Source of the DNA: a virus | Lineage: Duplodnaviria; Caudoviricetes | Virus record (IMG/VR): IMGVR_UViG_3300023184_000123 | Location: 1-62,669 of that record | Length of the DNA stretch: 62,669 nt | Reading direction: 5' to 3' (one strand) | Shown here: positions 41,033-48,607 of the stretch, piece after piece | How the letters are laid out: each line of letters opens with the position of its first letter | How positions within the stretch are numbered: the stretch's first letter is position 1 | Notes under the pieces: model-generated | The model's input: the letters and a program-made list of their open reading frames with translations, nothing else | Database searches by the model: none | Told to the model about the DNA's origin: nothing | Made by a program: the position numbers and the translations under genes

Positions 41033-41109
41033 TGGTCGGAGTACAAGGATTCGAACCTTGGACCCCCTGGTCCCAAACCAGGTGCGCTACCAGACTGCGC
41101 TACACTCCG
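41033..41109 (-). tRNA. tRNA-Pro(TGG)
   Basis: Cloverleaf, loop TTTGGGA. Confidence 0.95.
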
Positions 41110-41115
41110 AAAAAC

Positions 41116-41189
41116 TGGAGCGGGGTGCGAGAATCGAACTCGCGCTATCAGCTTGGAAGGCTGAAATCCTACCATTAAATGAACCCCGC
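41116..41189 (-). tRNA. tRNA-Gly(TCC)
   Basis: Loop CTTCCAA. Confidence 0.9.
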
Positions 41190-41192
41190 ACA

Positions 41193-41282
41193 CTTTATTA
41201 AAATACATTCATGGCTTTTGCTACGCTGGTGCCCTGTCCTTACTACCCATCTTATAGATAAGTTAAATGTATTTTAATAAAG
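41193..41282 (-). ncRNA. Spacer hairpin RNA with 17-bp closing stem
   Basis: CTTTATTAAAATACATT/AATGTATTTTAATAAAG. Confidence 0.55.
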
Positions 41283-41283
41283 T

Positions 41284-41487
41284 GTCCGGCCACTCACACC
41301 ACATGAGCCCCGGACTGAGCAGTTACTCTGTCCATAACATTTGTTCTTCTGGAAAGGTGCTAAACCTCACCCAATGCGTTCCCGCCACTCTTCAGCAGAG
41401 TACGGATGGTCATGGCATTGAATACCCAGCACTCTCTATGGTGACTGCCCCACCCACTTTCTTAACGGAAAAAGTGTAATCCGGGTT
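41284..41487 (-). ncRNA. Candidate large structured RNA (~200 nt)
   Basis: Nested stems CCCGGA/TCCGGG, GGGCAGT/ACTGCTC, CCATAG/TTATGG, GTGCTGG/TTAGCAC. Confidence 0.55.
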
Positions 41488-41490
41488 TCC

Positions 41491-41564
41491 TGGTGCCCCG
41501 TGACAGAATCGAACTGCCAATACCTGATTACAAAACAGGTGTTATACCACTTAACTAACAGGGC
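41491..41564 (-). tRNA. tRNA-Thr(TGT)
   Basis: Loop TTTGTAA. Confidence 0.9.
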
Positions 41565-41569
41565 CTATT

Positions 41570-42613
41570 TTAATTTATCTGTTTGATGTGTATGATATTA
41601 TTTTTCACAATAGAAATTGTGTCTCCTAAATCATAACCTTTAGTCATGTCATCAAACTGTTCTTTTTTAATGTTTATGGACTGACAACACACCACTGTGT
41701 TACATGGATAACCAATCTCTTCATACCGGTGTGCTTTGAGTCTTTGAATAAACACTCGTCTTGTTTCTGAATCGTGTATTTCCATCAGTGTGGATTCCAT
41801 CACATTGCCCAGCACAATGTCATTGTTGTCATCGTAGCAACAGGGATACAAGTCACCGTTGGGTGCAATAAAAACTTCTTTTTCCACACGCATTAACAAT
41901 GGGCAATCCAGTGTGGTTTGATCCACATTGATTCTGGCTCTGCCTGAAGTGATCAAACCACGTTCAGCCCATAAACCACTTTTACTGTGCTTGATAAAGA
42001 TGTCATCCGGCACAAATTTTCTAAGACTTTTCACAGTTTCTTCATATGTACTGAACGGAATCTTTCGCTTGTACTGATCCGGTTTGGTTTGCATAAACGC
42101 ATTCACACTTACAGTGTATTCAAACGCTGTCATCACATTAATAGAAAAATCAAATTTTGGATCATACACCGCACGTAGTTCTAAAAACTTTTTTACATTT
42201 TTAATAACGCCAGCATAGCTGATACCCTTGACAGCTTTGTAACTCTTGGCATCATGTCCATCAATATTGACCTGTATGCTACTGAGCAGCTTTTCTTCCA
42301 GCAAGGGTTTTGCTATCTTTGCTGACATTAGGCCAAAGTTGCTCAACAAGTTAAGTGCTGTGTTGGGTAACTTGGCTCGGATGTAGCGCACAATTTCCAA
42401 AAATTCAGGATGATACAATGCCTCGCCATTTTCGCTGAGATGTATCATTTTGATTGGATTTGGAAACGCAGGATCAGCTGCTTCGTCGATGATCTTCTTT
42501 ACCACATCAAACGGCATGTCAAAATTGTGTTTGGTGCCACGCGATGTGGGACACCAAATACAAGTGGCGTTACAGCGATTGGACAATGCTAGATTGATGC
42601 AATCAATTGACAT
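41570..42613 (-). CDS. Radical SAM/SPASM protein
   Basis: CNATCIWC, ENGEAL, NGDLYPCC. Confidence 0.9.
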   Translation of the reverse strand: MSIDCINLALSNRCNATCIWCPTSRGTKHNFDMPFDVVKKIIDEAADPAFPNPIKMIHLSENGEALYHPEFLEIVRYIRAKLPNTALNLLSNFGLMSAKIAKPLLEEKLLSSIQVNIDGHDAKSYKAVKGISYAGVIKNVKKFLELRAVYDPKFDFSINVMTAFEYTVSVNAFMQTKPDQYKRKIPFSTYEETVKSLRKFVPDDIFIKHSKSGLWAERGLITSGRARINVDQTTLDCPLLMRVEKEVFIAPNGDLYPCCYDDNNDIVLGNVMESTLMEIHDSETRRVFIQRLKAHRYEEIGYPCNTVVCCQSINIKKEQFDDMTKGYDLGDTISIVKNNIIHIKQIN

Positions 42614-42615
42614 GA

Positions 42616-42831
42616 TTATTCCGCGCTGACAGCACTGGTGTTGGTGACTTGATAGCCACTGGCGCCGCGTGGTGCATTCTTGTCACGACTAGGAGTTTTG
42701 ATAACAACCTCACTGCATAACTGTGCGTCGATCATGGCACGTTTCCACGCATTACGCTGTACTGGATCCACAATAGATGCTAGCAGGGTCTTTGTGGTTT
42801 TTTTCAATTTGAATGTCTTAGTGGGTTTCAT
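42616..42831 (-). CDS. Hypothetical basic protein
   Basis: 71-aa ORF with AAGG RBS. Confidence 0.65.
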   Translation of the reverse strand: MKPTKTFKLKKTTKTLLASIVDPVQRNAWKRAMIDAQLCSEVVIKTPSRDKNAPRGASGYQVTNTSAVSAE

Positions 42832-42851
42832 GTTTTACCTTTTATTAAATT

Positions 42852-42941
42852 TGGCGGAACGAAAGAGACTCGAACTCTTAAAGCGGCTTTCACCACTCGA
42901 CGGATTAGCAATCCGCTCCAATACCATTATGGGACCGTTCC
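42852..42941 (-). tRNA. tRNA-Ser(GCT)
   Basis: Loop TTGCTAA, long variable arm. Confidence 0.9.
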
Positions 42942-42946
42942 AAATC

Positions 42947-43087
42947 TTATCTTGTTATTGCACGTATTAATTTATGCCAGTAATATCTCACACCTCGCCA
43001 AGTTGGCGCAGTATCCCAATTCCAGGCAAATCCCACTTCGTTGGGAATATTGCGGTATGCTTTATCGATAACTTCTTTGGGTGTCAT
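42947..43087 (-). CDS. Small hypothetical protein
   Basis: MTPKEVIDKAY... after AAGGA RBS. Confidence 0.55.
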   Translation of the reverse strand: MTPKEVIDKAYRNIPNEVGFAWNWDTAPTWRGVRYYWHKLIRAITR

Positions 43088-43105
43088 ACTGTTTTCCTTT
43101 ACGCA

Positions 43106-43192
43106 TGGTGCGACTGGCCGGAATCGAACCGGCACGCCTGTTAGAGCGAGAGATTTTAAGTCTCTTGTGTCTACCTATTTCACCACAGTCGC
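43106..43192 (-). tRNA. tRNA-Leu(TAA)
   Basis: Loop CTTAAAA, long variable arm. Confidence 0.95.
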
Positions 43193-43212
43193 ATTATTTG
43201 TTACTTGTGCTT

Positions 43213-43241
43213 ATTATACTGCAAGTGTCACACAATGTCAA
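43213..43241 (-). promoter_or_regulatory. sigma70 promoter inside the tRNA array
   Basis: TTGACA-17-TATAAT. Confidence 0.8.
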
Positions 43242-43250
43242 CACTTATTT

Positions 43251-43324
43251 TGGCGTACCCACTAGGACTCGAACCTAGACTGACGGTTTTGGAGACCGCG
43301 ATGCTGCCATTACACTATGGATAC
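43251..43324 (-). tRNA. tRNA-Trp(CCA)
   Basis: Loop CTCCAAA. Confidence 0.9.
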
Positions 43325-43329
43325 ATTGT

Positions 43330-43419
43330 TGGCGGAAGTAGTAGGATTCGAACCCACGGACCCTTTCGAGTCTTCAGTTTTCAAGACTGCTGCCTTAAGC
43401 CATGCTCAGCCATACTTCC
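43330..43419 (-). tRNA. tRNA-Ser(TGA)
   Basis: Loop CTTGAAA, long variable arm. Confidence 0.9.
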
Positions 43420-43425
43420 TTTATT

Positions 43426-43511
43426 TGGTGGATGCGGTTGGAGTCGAACCAACAGTGCCGTGAAGCGGGAGATTTACAGTCTCCTGGGGTTACCAGTTTT
43501 CCTACACATCC
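43426..43511 (-). tRNA. tRNA-Tyr(GTA)
   Basis: Loop CTGTAAA, long variable arm. Confidence 0.9.
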
Positions 43512-43517
43512 ATATTT

Positions 43518-43593
43518 TGGCTCCCCGAGTACGGATCGAACGTACGACATCTTCGTTAACAGCGAAGCGCAACTACCTCTGTGCTATCGGGGA
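43518..43593 (-). tRNA. tRNA-Asn(GTT)
   Basis: Loop CTGTTAA. Confidence 0.9.
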
Positions 43594-43599
43594 ATTGAT

Positions 43600-43678
43600 T
43601 GGTTGCAGAGGCAGGATTCGCACCTGCGATCTCCAGCTTATGAGACTGGCGAGGACGACTGGACTCCTCTACTCTGCG
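43600..43678 (-). tRNA. tRNA-Met(CAT), initiator-like C1:A72
   Basis: Loop CTCATAA; T loop TGCGAAT. Confidence 0.8.
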
Positions 43679-43683
43679 ATAAT

Positions 43684-43760
43684 TGGTGCCCTGGGAGAGA
43701 CTCGAACTCTCAGCTTACGGCTTCTAAGACCGCTGTGTTTACCAATTTCACCACCGGGGC
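43684..43760 (-). tRNA. tRNA-Leu(TAG), short variable arm
   Basis: Loop CTTAGAA; about 5-nt variable region. Confidence 0.9.
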
Positions 43761-43764
43761 ATTA

Positions 43765-43848
43765 CATATAAAAACACACTCAAGTCCGCGGCACGGAAGG
43801 CACTATACCCGCAATGGTCTATGACCAGTCCTAATGTGTTTTTATATG
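43765..43848 (-). ncRNA. Spacer hairpin RNA with 14-bp closing stem
   Basis: CATATAAAAACACA/TGTGTTTTTATATG. Confidence 0.55.
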
Positions 43849-43922
43849 GCGTCCCTACGGGGATTCGAACCCCGGTACTCACCGTGAAAGGGTGATGTCC
43901 TAGGCCTCTAGACGATAGGGAC
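43847..43922 (-). tRNA. tRNA-Glu(TTC)
   Basis: Loop CTTTCAC. Confidence 0.95.
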
Positions 43923-43977
43923 AAACTAAATTTTATATTTTTAAAGAACGTTGCTAGTGTTTGCTAGACAAGTGTTT

Positions 43978-44006
43978 ATTATACAATCTCTACTGAGCAA
44001 TGTCAA
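43978..44006 (-). promoter_or_regulatory. sigma70 promoter inside the tRNA array
   Basis: TTGACA-17-TATAAT. Confidence 0.8.
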
Positions 44007-44026
44007 CAACTTTTTTAAAAAATATT

Positions 44027-44101
44027 TGGCCGGCCTTGAGAGGATCGAACTCCCACCGCTGGTTTCGAAGACCAGAATGATATCCATTTCACCAAAGGCC
44101 G
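44027..44101 (-). tRNA. tRNA-Arg(TCG)
   Basis: Loop CTTCGAA. Confidence 0.9.
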
Positions 44102-44108
44102 ATTTGAG

Positions 44109-44183
44109 TGGTCCGGCGTAACGGAATCGAACCGCTATTAGGGGAGTAGAAATCCCCTGTATTATCCATTATACGAACGCCAG
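44109..44183 (-). tRNA. tRNA-Arg(TCT)
   Basis: GGGGA-TTTCTAC-TCCCC. Confidence 0.9.
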
Positions 44184-44192
44184 TGAACATGT

Positions 44193-44221
44193 ATTATACT
44201 TTATTTACCGACTGATGTCAA
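44193..44221 (-). promoter_or_regulatory. sigma70 promoter
   Basis: TTGACA-17-TATAAT. Confidence 0.8.
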
Positions 44222-45674
44222 TGGTGTTGATTCCTAACTTTTTATTTTTGTAAGATTCCACTCTTGTTTTCATAATTCTGGCGTCGTTTTCTTCCTCTGC
44301 ACACCGATTGAGTCTCGCCGTTAAATCTCCATCAATGCCATTTGATGAAATATTCCAGCAGTTCAATGTAAATCCGTTTTCTTTTTCATACAATTCTTTA
44401 TACATTTTTTTTTGTAGTTCGATTGCTTGATTTATATTCATAAATTTATTTTGCCAAGGCAGTACAGTGTTACTGACGCCGCCGCGCTGGCCGCTGGGAT
44501 TCCAGTTAATATCACTATCCTCCATCACAGTGTAACCATACTTTTTGTAATCTGCACTTAACTTAGACAGTGTATCAAACTCCCCGACTGGTATTTCTAA
44601 TGCAAATGGAATAAATGATTGTCCCCTCCAGTTTTCTTTCAGCCAGGAGATTGTGTTTTCCGTTTGTTGTACAGTATCCTCTGGCAATCCAATGATAAAA
44701 CTCATAGTTCCTCGATAACGTCCTTTGCTGGTAAAGTAGTTTTTAGCATCTATCAACCCTGCTTTGATCTTTTCAGGATCCATTCCTTTACCAACAACTT
44801 TAACTGACTCTTTATTAAAACTTTCTATACCATAAAGGTGGCCAAGAAACCCTAATCTAGACAATTCTTCTTTATCTTCTTTTCTAGATATCATCAAGTC
44901 TGCTCTAACAAATCCAGTAAACCAAGGTTTGAACGACATTAGCTGTGTTGCGTCGGCAAACTTGGTTATTTTTTCTGTTCGATCATTAAACGTTTCGTCT
45001 GCCACAAGATAGTTAGTAACACCAAATCTATCGTAAGCATCCATCAGTTGTGTGTAATAATCCGCGGCATCTCTACTGTAATCGCCCTTTACACCCAGTA
45101 CAGGAAAATTACAAAACGCACATTTAAATTTACAACCTCTGGCAAACTCAATGCCCAACCACTCATCAGGACGAATGAAATCTCGGTCTTGATACTTCAC
45201 CATCAAACTTTTCATTGGAAATGAAGGATACATTTCATTTCCGTTGATTAATTTTTTATTGAATATAGAAAACTTTGGAAGTTCGCCGTTGCTAAAAAGC
45301 CATTTCAGCAAAACTAACAAAGCATTCTCACCAAACCCTTGAATGTAATAATCTATACACTTCGATTTGAATTGCGGAGCAACTCCTGATCCTGATATTA
45401 TCACAACATCAGGGTATTCAACTTTTAACCATGCTGTAAAGTCTTCTAAGATTTCACTCCATAGTGAAAACATGTGGCTGAATCCTATAAACTTTGTGTT
45501 TTTATCAATTCTTGATCTAGCTAGATCTTTAAACTCTTCCGGAGTCCAATACATAGCATAATCAATAATTTCAACGTCCCAGTTGTGTTCTCTAAGACAG
45601 TGTGCTATTCTGTATGCACCCACGGTCCTTCCTAGTTTTTCAGTAGATACATTGAATATCAAACATTTATACAT
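44205..45674 (-). CDS. B12-binding-type (class B-like) radical SAM protein
   Basis: GAYRIAH.LR, EFARGCKFKCAFC, DETFND, GIESF, FIIGLP; start MYKCLIF. Confidence 0.85.
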   Translation of the reverse strand: MYKCLIFNVSTEKLGRTVGAYRIAHCLREHNWDVEIIDYAMYWTPEEFKDLARSRIDKNTKFIGFSHMFSLWSEILEDFTAWLKVEYPDVVIISGSGVAPQFKSKCIDYYIQGFGENALLVLLKWLFSNGELPKFSIFNKKLINGNEMYPSFPMKSLMVKYQDRDFIRPDEWLGIEFARGCKFKCAFCNFPVLGVKGDYSRDAADYYTQLMDAYDRFGVTNYLVADETFNDRTEKITKFADATQLMSFKPWFTGFVRADLMISRKEDKEELSRLGFLGHLYGIESFNKESVKVVGKGMDPEKIKAGLIDAKNYFTSKGRYRGTMSFIIGLPEDTVQQTENTISWLKENWRGQSFIPFALEIPVGEFDTLSKLSADYKKYGYTVMEDSDINWNPSGQRGGVSNTVLPWQNKFMNINQAIELQKKMYKELYEKENGFTLNCWNISSNGIDGDLTARLNRCAEEENDARIMKTRVESYKNKKLGINTIDISR

Positions 45675-45690
45675 CCTATATTTACATAAA

Positions 45691-45768
45691 TGGTACCCCA
45701 CCCCTGATTCGAACAGGGAGAACTTCTCCTTTTGAGAGAGATGACTTTACCAATTTGTCCAGTGGGGC
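45691..45768 (-). tRNA. tRNA-Leu(CAA), short variable arm
   Basis: Loop CTCAAAA. Confidence 0.85.
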
Positions 45769-45946
45769 ATAAATATTTTTGTGAAAACACACGATCACAT
45801 AACATCTCAAGGATTGTATTTTCATCTTTGTTTGTACCAAGGTGTGTGTTGCGTCATGGTACAAGATGTGTACGACAACACCTACTTTGAAATGCAGTAC
45901 TTCACTGATGTCAACAAAGCATTGCGCTATATCAACAATCTCTAAA

Positions 45947-46038
45947 TGGTACCAGCGGAGGGAATCAAACCCTCTCAAGAACGCTAATCTGGCGCTAAAA
46001 GTCTTATAAGGACTCTCTGACTGTCAAGTCTCGCTGGC
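45947..46038 (-). tRNA. Atypical tRNA-Ile(TAT)
   Basis: Loop CTTATAA; 4-nt D loop; long variable arm. Confidence 0.75.
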
Positions 46039-46045
46039 ATTGTTG

Positions 46046-46120
46046 TGGTCTCCTTGGCGGGAATCGAACCCACATTTACTCTTTAGGAGAGAGTGGTTCT
46101 ATCCATTGAACTACAAGGAG
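46046..46120 (-). tRNA. tRNA-Arg(CCT)
   Basis: Loop CTCCTAA. Confidence 0.9.
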
Positions 46121-46125
46121 ATGTT

Positions 46126-46201
46126 TGGAGCGGGTGATCGGGATCGAACCGACGACAATCACGTTGGCAACGTGGCGCTCTACCAACTGAGCTACACCCG
46201 C
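46126..46201 (-). tRNA. tRNA-Gly(GCC)
   Basis: Loop TTGCCAA. Confidence 0.95.
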
Positions 46202-46211
46202 ATAAAAGATA

Positions 46212-46456
46212 TTAGTAGAAAACACTAGAGGTTTTTGGTTCACGAGAGTGCAACTTGCCTACCCGGGCTTTACAGGCCCGCCTCATTTGTCTAGCAAACA
46301 TGGAGCACCTTTACTGCCCAATCCAGAATCTTTGACTGTAAATCATTATTCTTTCAACAGCTCGCATGCAGTTTATAACTACCTTTTCTCCGCAACGTTC
46401 CGTGTTACAAATACTTGTCTTTTCAGAATGCTTGTATGCTTTGTGTTTTCTACTAA
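46212..46456 (-). ncRNA. Candidate structured RNA with 14-bp closing stem
   Basis: TTAGTAGAAAACAC/GTGTTTTCTACTAA enclosing about 217 nt. Confidence 0.5.
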
Positions 46457-46521
46457 CAACTCTATTTAATAAAATGTCAAGTTGTTTACCGCACAACCTG
46501 ACAAAGCGGGGGTCTGTTGAA

Positions 46522-46734
46522 TTTGTAAGTAGTGCTACCACATTATAAGCACCATTCACCCGAATTAACAAGCTCGAGCGGGATTCGGTAAGTCACTTAG
46601 GATACTAGTCCAGTTTGTCTCCGTTTCAGACACCACCCTTGCGAGTGGTTGGGAGTTGAACCCATCACCTTCTACTGCTTCGGTCCTTCGAAGAAACCTA
46701 GACAGAATGACATTCTCTTGCTGACACTTACAAA
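46522..46734 (-). ncRNA. Candidate large structured RNA
   Basis: TTTGTAAGT/ACTTACAAA closing stem, T-loop-like GGGTTCAACTCCC, several hairpins. Confidence 0.55.
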
Positions 46735-46737
46735 ACT

Positions 46738-46827
46738 TGGAGGAAGAAGGAGGAATTGAACCCCGGCCAGCTAATGCCAACCGCCTGTTTTCCAAACAGG
46801 TGTAGTAACCATACTACCGCATCTTCC
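46738..46827 (-). tRNA. tRNA-Ser(GGA)
   Basis: Loop TTGGAAA, long variable arm. Confidence 0.85.
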
Positions 46828-46832
46828 ATGAT

Positions 46833-46908
46833 TGGTACACCCTGTTGGAATCGAACCAACTTCCACGGTTCTTCAAACCGCCGCTATGACCACATCAGCT
46901 AAAGGTGC
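46833..46908 (-). tRNA. tRNA-Phe(GAA)
   Basis: Loop TTGAAGA. Confidence 0.9.
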
Positions 46909-46915
46909 ATATACT

Positions 46916-46989
46916 TGGTAGTTCCTGAAAGAATTGAACTTTCATCTGCGCGATGTCAACGCACTGTTCTTCCATTAAACTAAGGAACT
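46916..46989 (-). tRNA. tRNA-Val(GAC)
   Basis: Loop TTGACAT. Confidence 0.85.
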
Positions 46990-47003
46990 AAAATCTACTT
47001 AGG

Positions 47004-47074
47004 GGTGACCACTGGGAATTGAACCCAGATAAGCGGAATCACAATCCACGACTTTACCATTAAGTTATGGCCAC
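47004..47074 (-). tRNA. tRNA-His(GTG), no encoded CCA
   Basis: Loop TTGTGAT; C73; flanked by a long inverted repeat. Confidence 0.85.
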
Positions 47075-47092
47075 ACCTAAGTAGATTAAAAT

Positions 47093-47167
47093 TGGTACCG
47101 CCAAAAGGAATCAAACCTCTATTCCCACGTTCGTAGCGTAGTGTATTATTCATTATACTATGGCGAT
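47093..47167 (-). tRNA. tRNA-Arg(ACG)
   Basis: Loop CTACGAA. Confidence 0.85.
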
Positions 47168-47172
47168 ATATT

Positions 47173-47250
47173 TGGCAGAGGAAGTGGGATTCGAACCCAC
47201 GATGACGATTTCAAAGACCGTTGCCTTAGGCCGGGCTAGGCGATTCCCCA
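47173..47250 (-). tRNA. tRNA-Gln(TTG)
   Basis: Loop CTTTGAA. Confidence 0.9.
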
Positions 47251-47256
47251 ACAATT

Positions 47257-47332
47257 TGGTAGTAACGGTGGGACTCGAACCCACGATAAACACCGTATGA
47301 AGGTGGTGCATTAGCCACTATGCTACGTTACC
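47257..47332 (-). tRNA. tRNA-Met/Ile2(CAT)
   Basis: Loop TTCATAC. Confidence 0.85.
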
Positions 47333-47461
47333 ATAGAAAAACACACTCGGCTCTCCTTACAACCTTGTTCCTGTCAATTCAGGATGAAACTGGATGAACC
47401 CAGAGGCTCCCCTTGGTTGTTTGTATCTGTCAATTCAGATTGAAAGTGTGTTTATCTATGG
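47331..47461 (-). ncRNA. Spacer hairpin RNA with two identical AATTGA-loop hairpins
   Basis: CCATAGA.AAACACACT closing stem; ATCTG-AATTGA-CAGAT and TCCTG-AATTGA-CAGGA. Confidence 0.6.
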
Positions 47462-47534
47462 TAGGACCGCTGGGACTCGAACCCAGAATTGGCAGATTAA
47501 AAGTCTGCTGTGATAACCATTTCACCACGATCCC
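47459..47534 (-). tRNA. tRNA-Lys(TTT)
   Basis: Loop CTTTTAA. Confidence 0.9.
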
Positions 47535-47538
47535 ATAT

Positions 47539-47614
47539 TGGTCCCTAGCGACAGATTCGAACTGTCACCTCATCGGTTAAGAGCCGAGTACGCTACCGTT
47601 AACGCCAGCTAGGG
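47539..47614 (-). tRNA. tRNA-Lys(CTT)
   Basis: Loop CTCTTAA. Confidence 0.85.
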
Positions 47615-47930
47615 TTAGTTGTATTAAATTGATTTAATGTGCCAACCCTAGACCAATACGGGATCTAGAGCGACACTAACGTTTAGCACGTTTCATGCTA
47701 TTCTCCTTTGTTGATATTACGCTTTTGTGCTTGGCGTTCTGATTTCCAGAACACTCGTTTCCAATCTTTCAAATGCTTCCACCATTGTGGACTGCGTGTT
47801 AGAATACCTTGTTGTTTATGTGCCATAAAGTGACCCCCTGTACTGACCACAAAGATCAGTCCATGCTAGAATCTCTTTTTCATTTAGCTTCATTGATTCA
47901 ATCCAAGACATAGATGTCTCCTTTATAAAA

Positions 47931-47987
47931 CAGGATGCTTATTTTTCAATTAAAAGTTGAATTTTTGAATTTGCTGTTCGCATCCTA
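47931..47987 (-). ncRNA. ACAGCAA-motif small RNA copy 4 (Lys-type anticodon loop)
   Basis: AGGATGC-GAACAGCAA...TTCAA-CTTTTAA-TTGAA...GCATCCT. Confidence 0.7.
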
Positions 47988-47991
47988 AAAT

Positions 47992-48065
47992 TGGTGCTCT
48001 AACGTAGAATCAAACTACGATTCCTGTCATACCAAGACAGTGTTCTATCATTAAACTATAAGAGC
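47992..48065 (-). tRNA. tRNA-Thr(GGT)
   Basis: Loop TTGGTAT. Confidence 0.85.
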
Positions 48066-48071
48066 AAAAAT

Positions 48072-48147
48072 TGGTCTCTCTGCTAGGATTCGAACCTAGA
48101 CCACACGGCCCCAAACCGTGTACGCAACCTGATAACGCTTCAAAGAG
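48072..48147 (-). tRNA. tRNA-Pro(TGG)
   Basis: CACGG-TTTGGGG-CCGTG. Confidence 0.85.
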
Positions 48148-48154
48148 ATAAAAT

Positions 48155-48229
48155 TGGTGGAGGCCGAGGGAATCGAACCCTTCTAGACAAGATGCTTGCA
48201 AGGCAACTCCGTAGCCCACTACTGCCCCC
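48155..48229 (-). tRNA. tRNA-Ala(TGC), reduced D arm
   Basis: G3:U70, loop CTTGCAA, D arm GTAG-TGGG-CTAC. Confidence 0.8.
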
Positions 48230-48301
48230 AATTAAAAAACACATTCACCCGAATGGACATTGTCACCTCCGCCTGCTGTCGGAAATGTGTTTGTTGATTG
48301 G
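48228..48301 (-). ncRNA. Spacer hairpin RNA
   Basis: CCAATCAACAAACACATT/AATGTGTTTTTTAATTGG imperfect closing stem. Confidence 0.5.
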
Positions 48302-48373
48302 TACTGTCGACGGGTATCGATCCCGCTTCTCCACCTTGAAAGGGTAGCGTCCTAGCCACTAGACGACAACAGT
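48299..48373 (-). tRNA. tRNA-Glu(TTC)
   Basis: Loop CTTTCAA. Confidence 0.85.
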
Positions 48374-48381
48374 GTAAAAAA

Positions 48382-48443
48382 CAGGATAGCATTTTTGGCT
48401 TTTTTTCAAGAAAAGGTTTTTAATGTTTGCTGTTGCTATCCTA
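48382..48443 (-). ncRNA. ACAGCAA-motif small RNA copy 5 (Ser-type anticodon loop)
   Basis: AGGATAGC-AACAGCAA...CTTTT-CTTGAAA-AAAAG...GCTATCCT. Confidence 0.7.
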
Positions 48444-48447
48444 AACT

Positions 48448-48521
48448 TGGTTCCCAGAGCAAGAATCGAACTTGCGAAGACCGGTTATCAGCCGATTATT
48501 ATACCATTTAATTATCCGGGA
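48448..48521 (-). tRNA. tRNA-Ile(GAT)
   Basis: Loop CTGATAA. Confidence 0.85.
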
Positions 48522-48526
48522 AAATT

Positions 48527-48601
48527 TGGCGGCTCCAAGGAGAATCGAACTCCTATTAATGGCGTGACAAGCCACCGTACTGACCATTATACTATGAAGC
48601 C
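48527..48601 (-). tRNA. tRNA-Asp(GTC)
   Basis: Loop TTGTCAC. Confidence 0.9.
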
Positions 48602-48607
48602 AAATTT

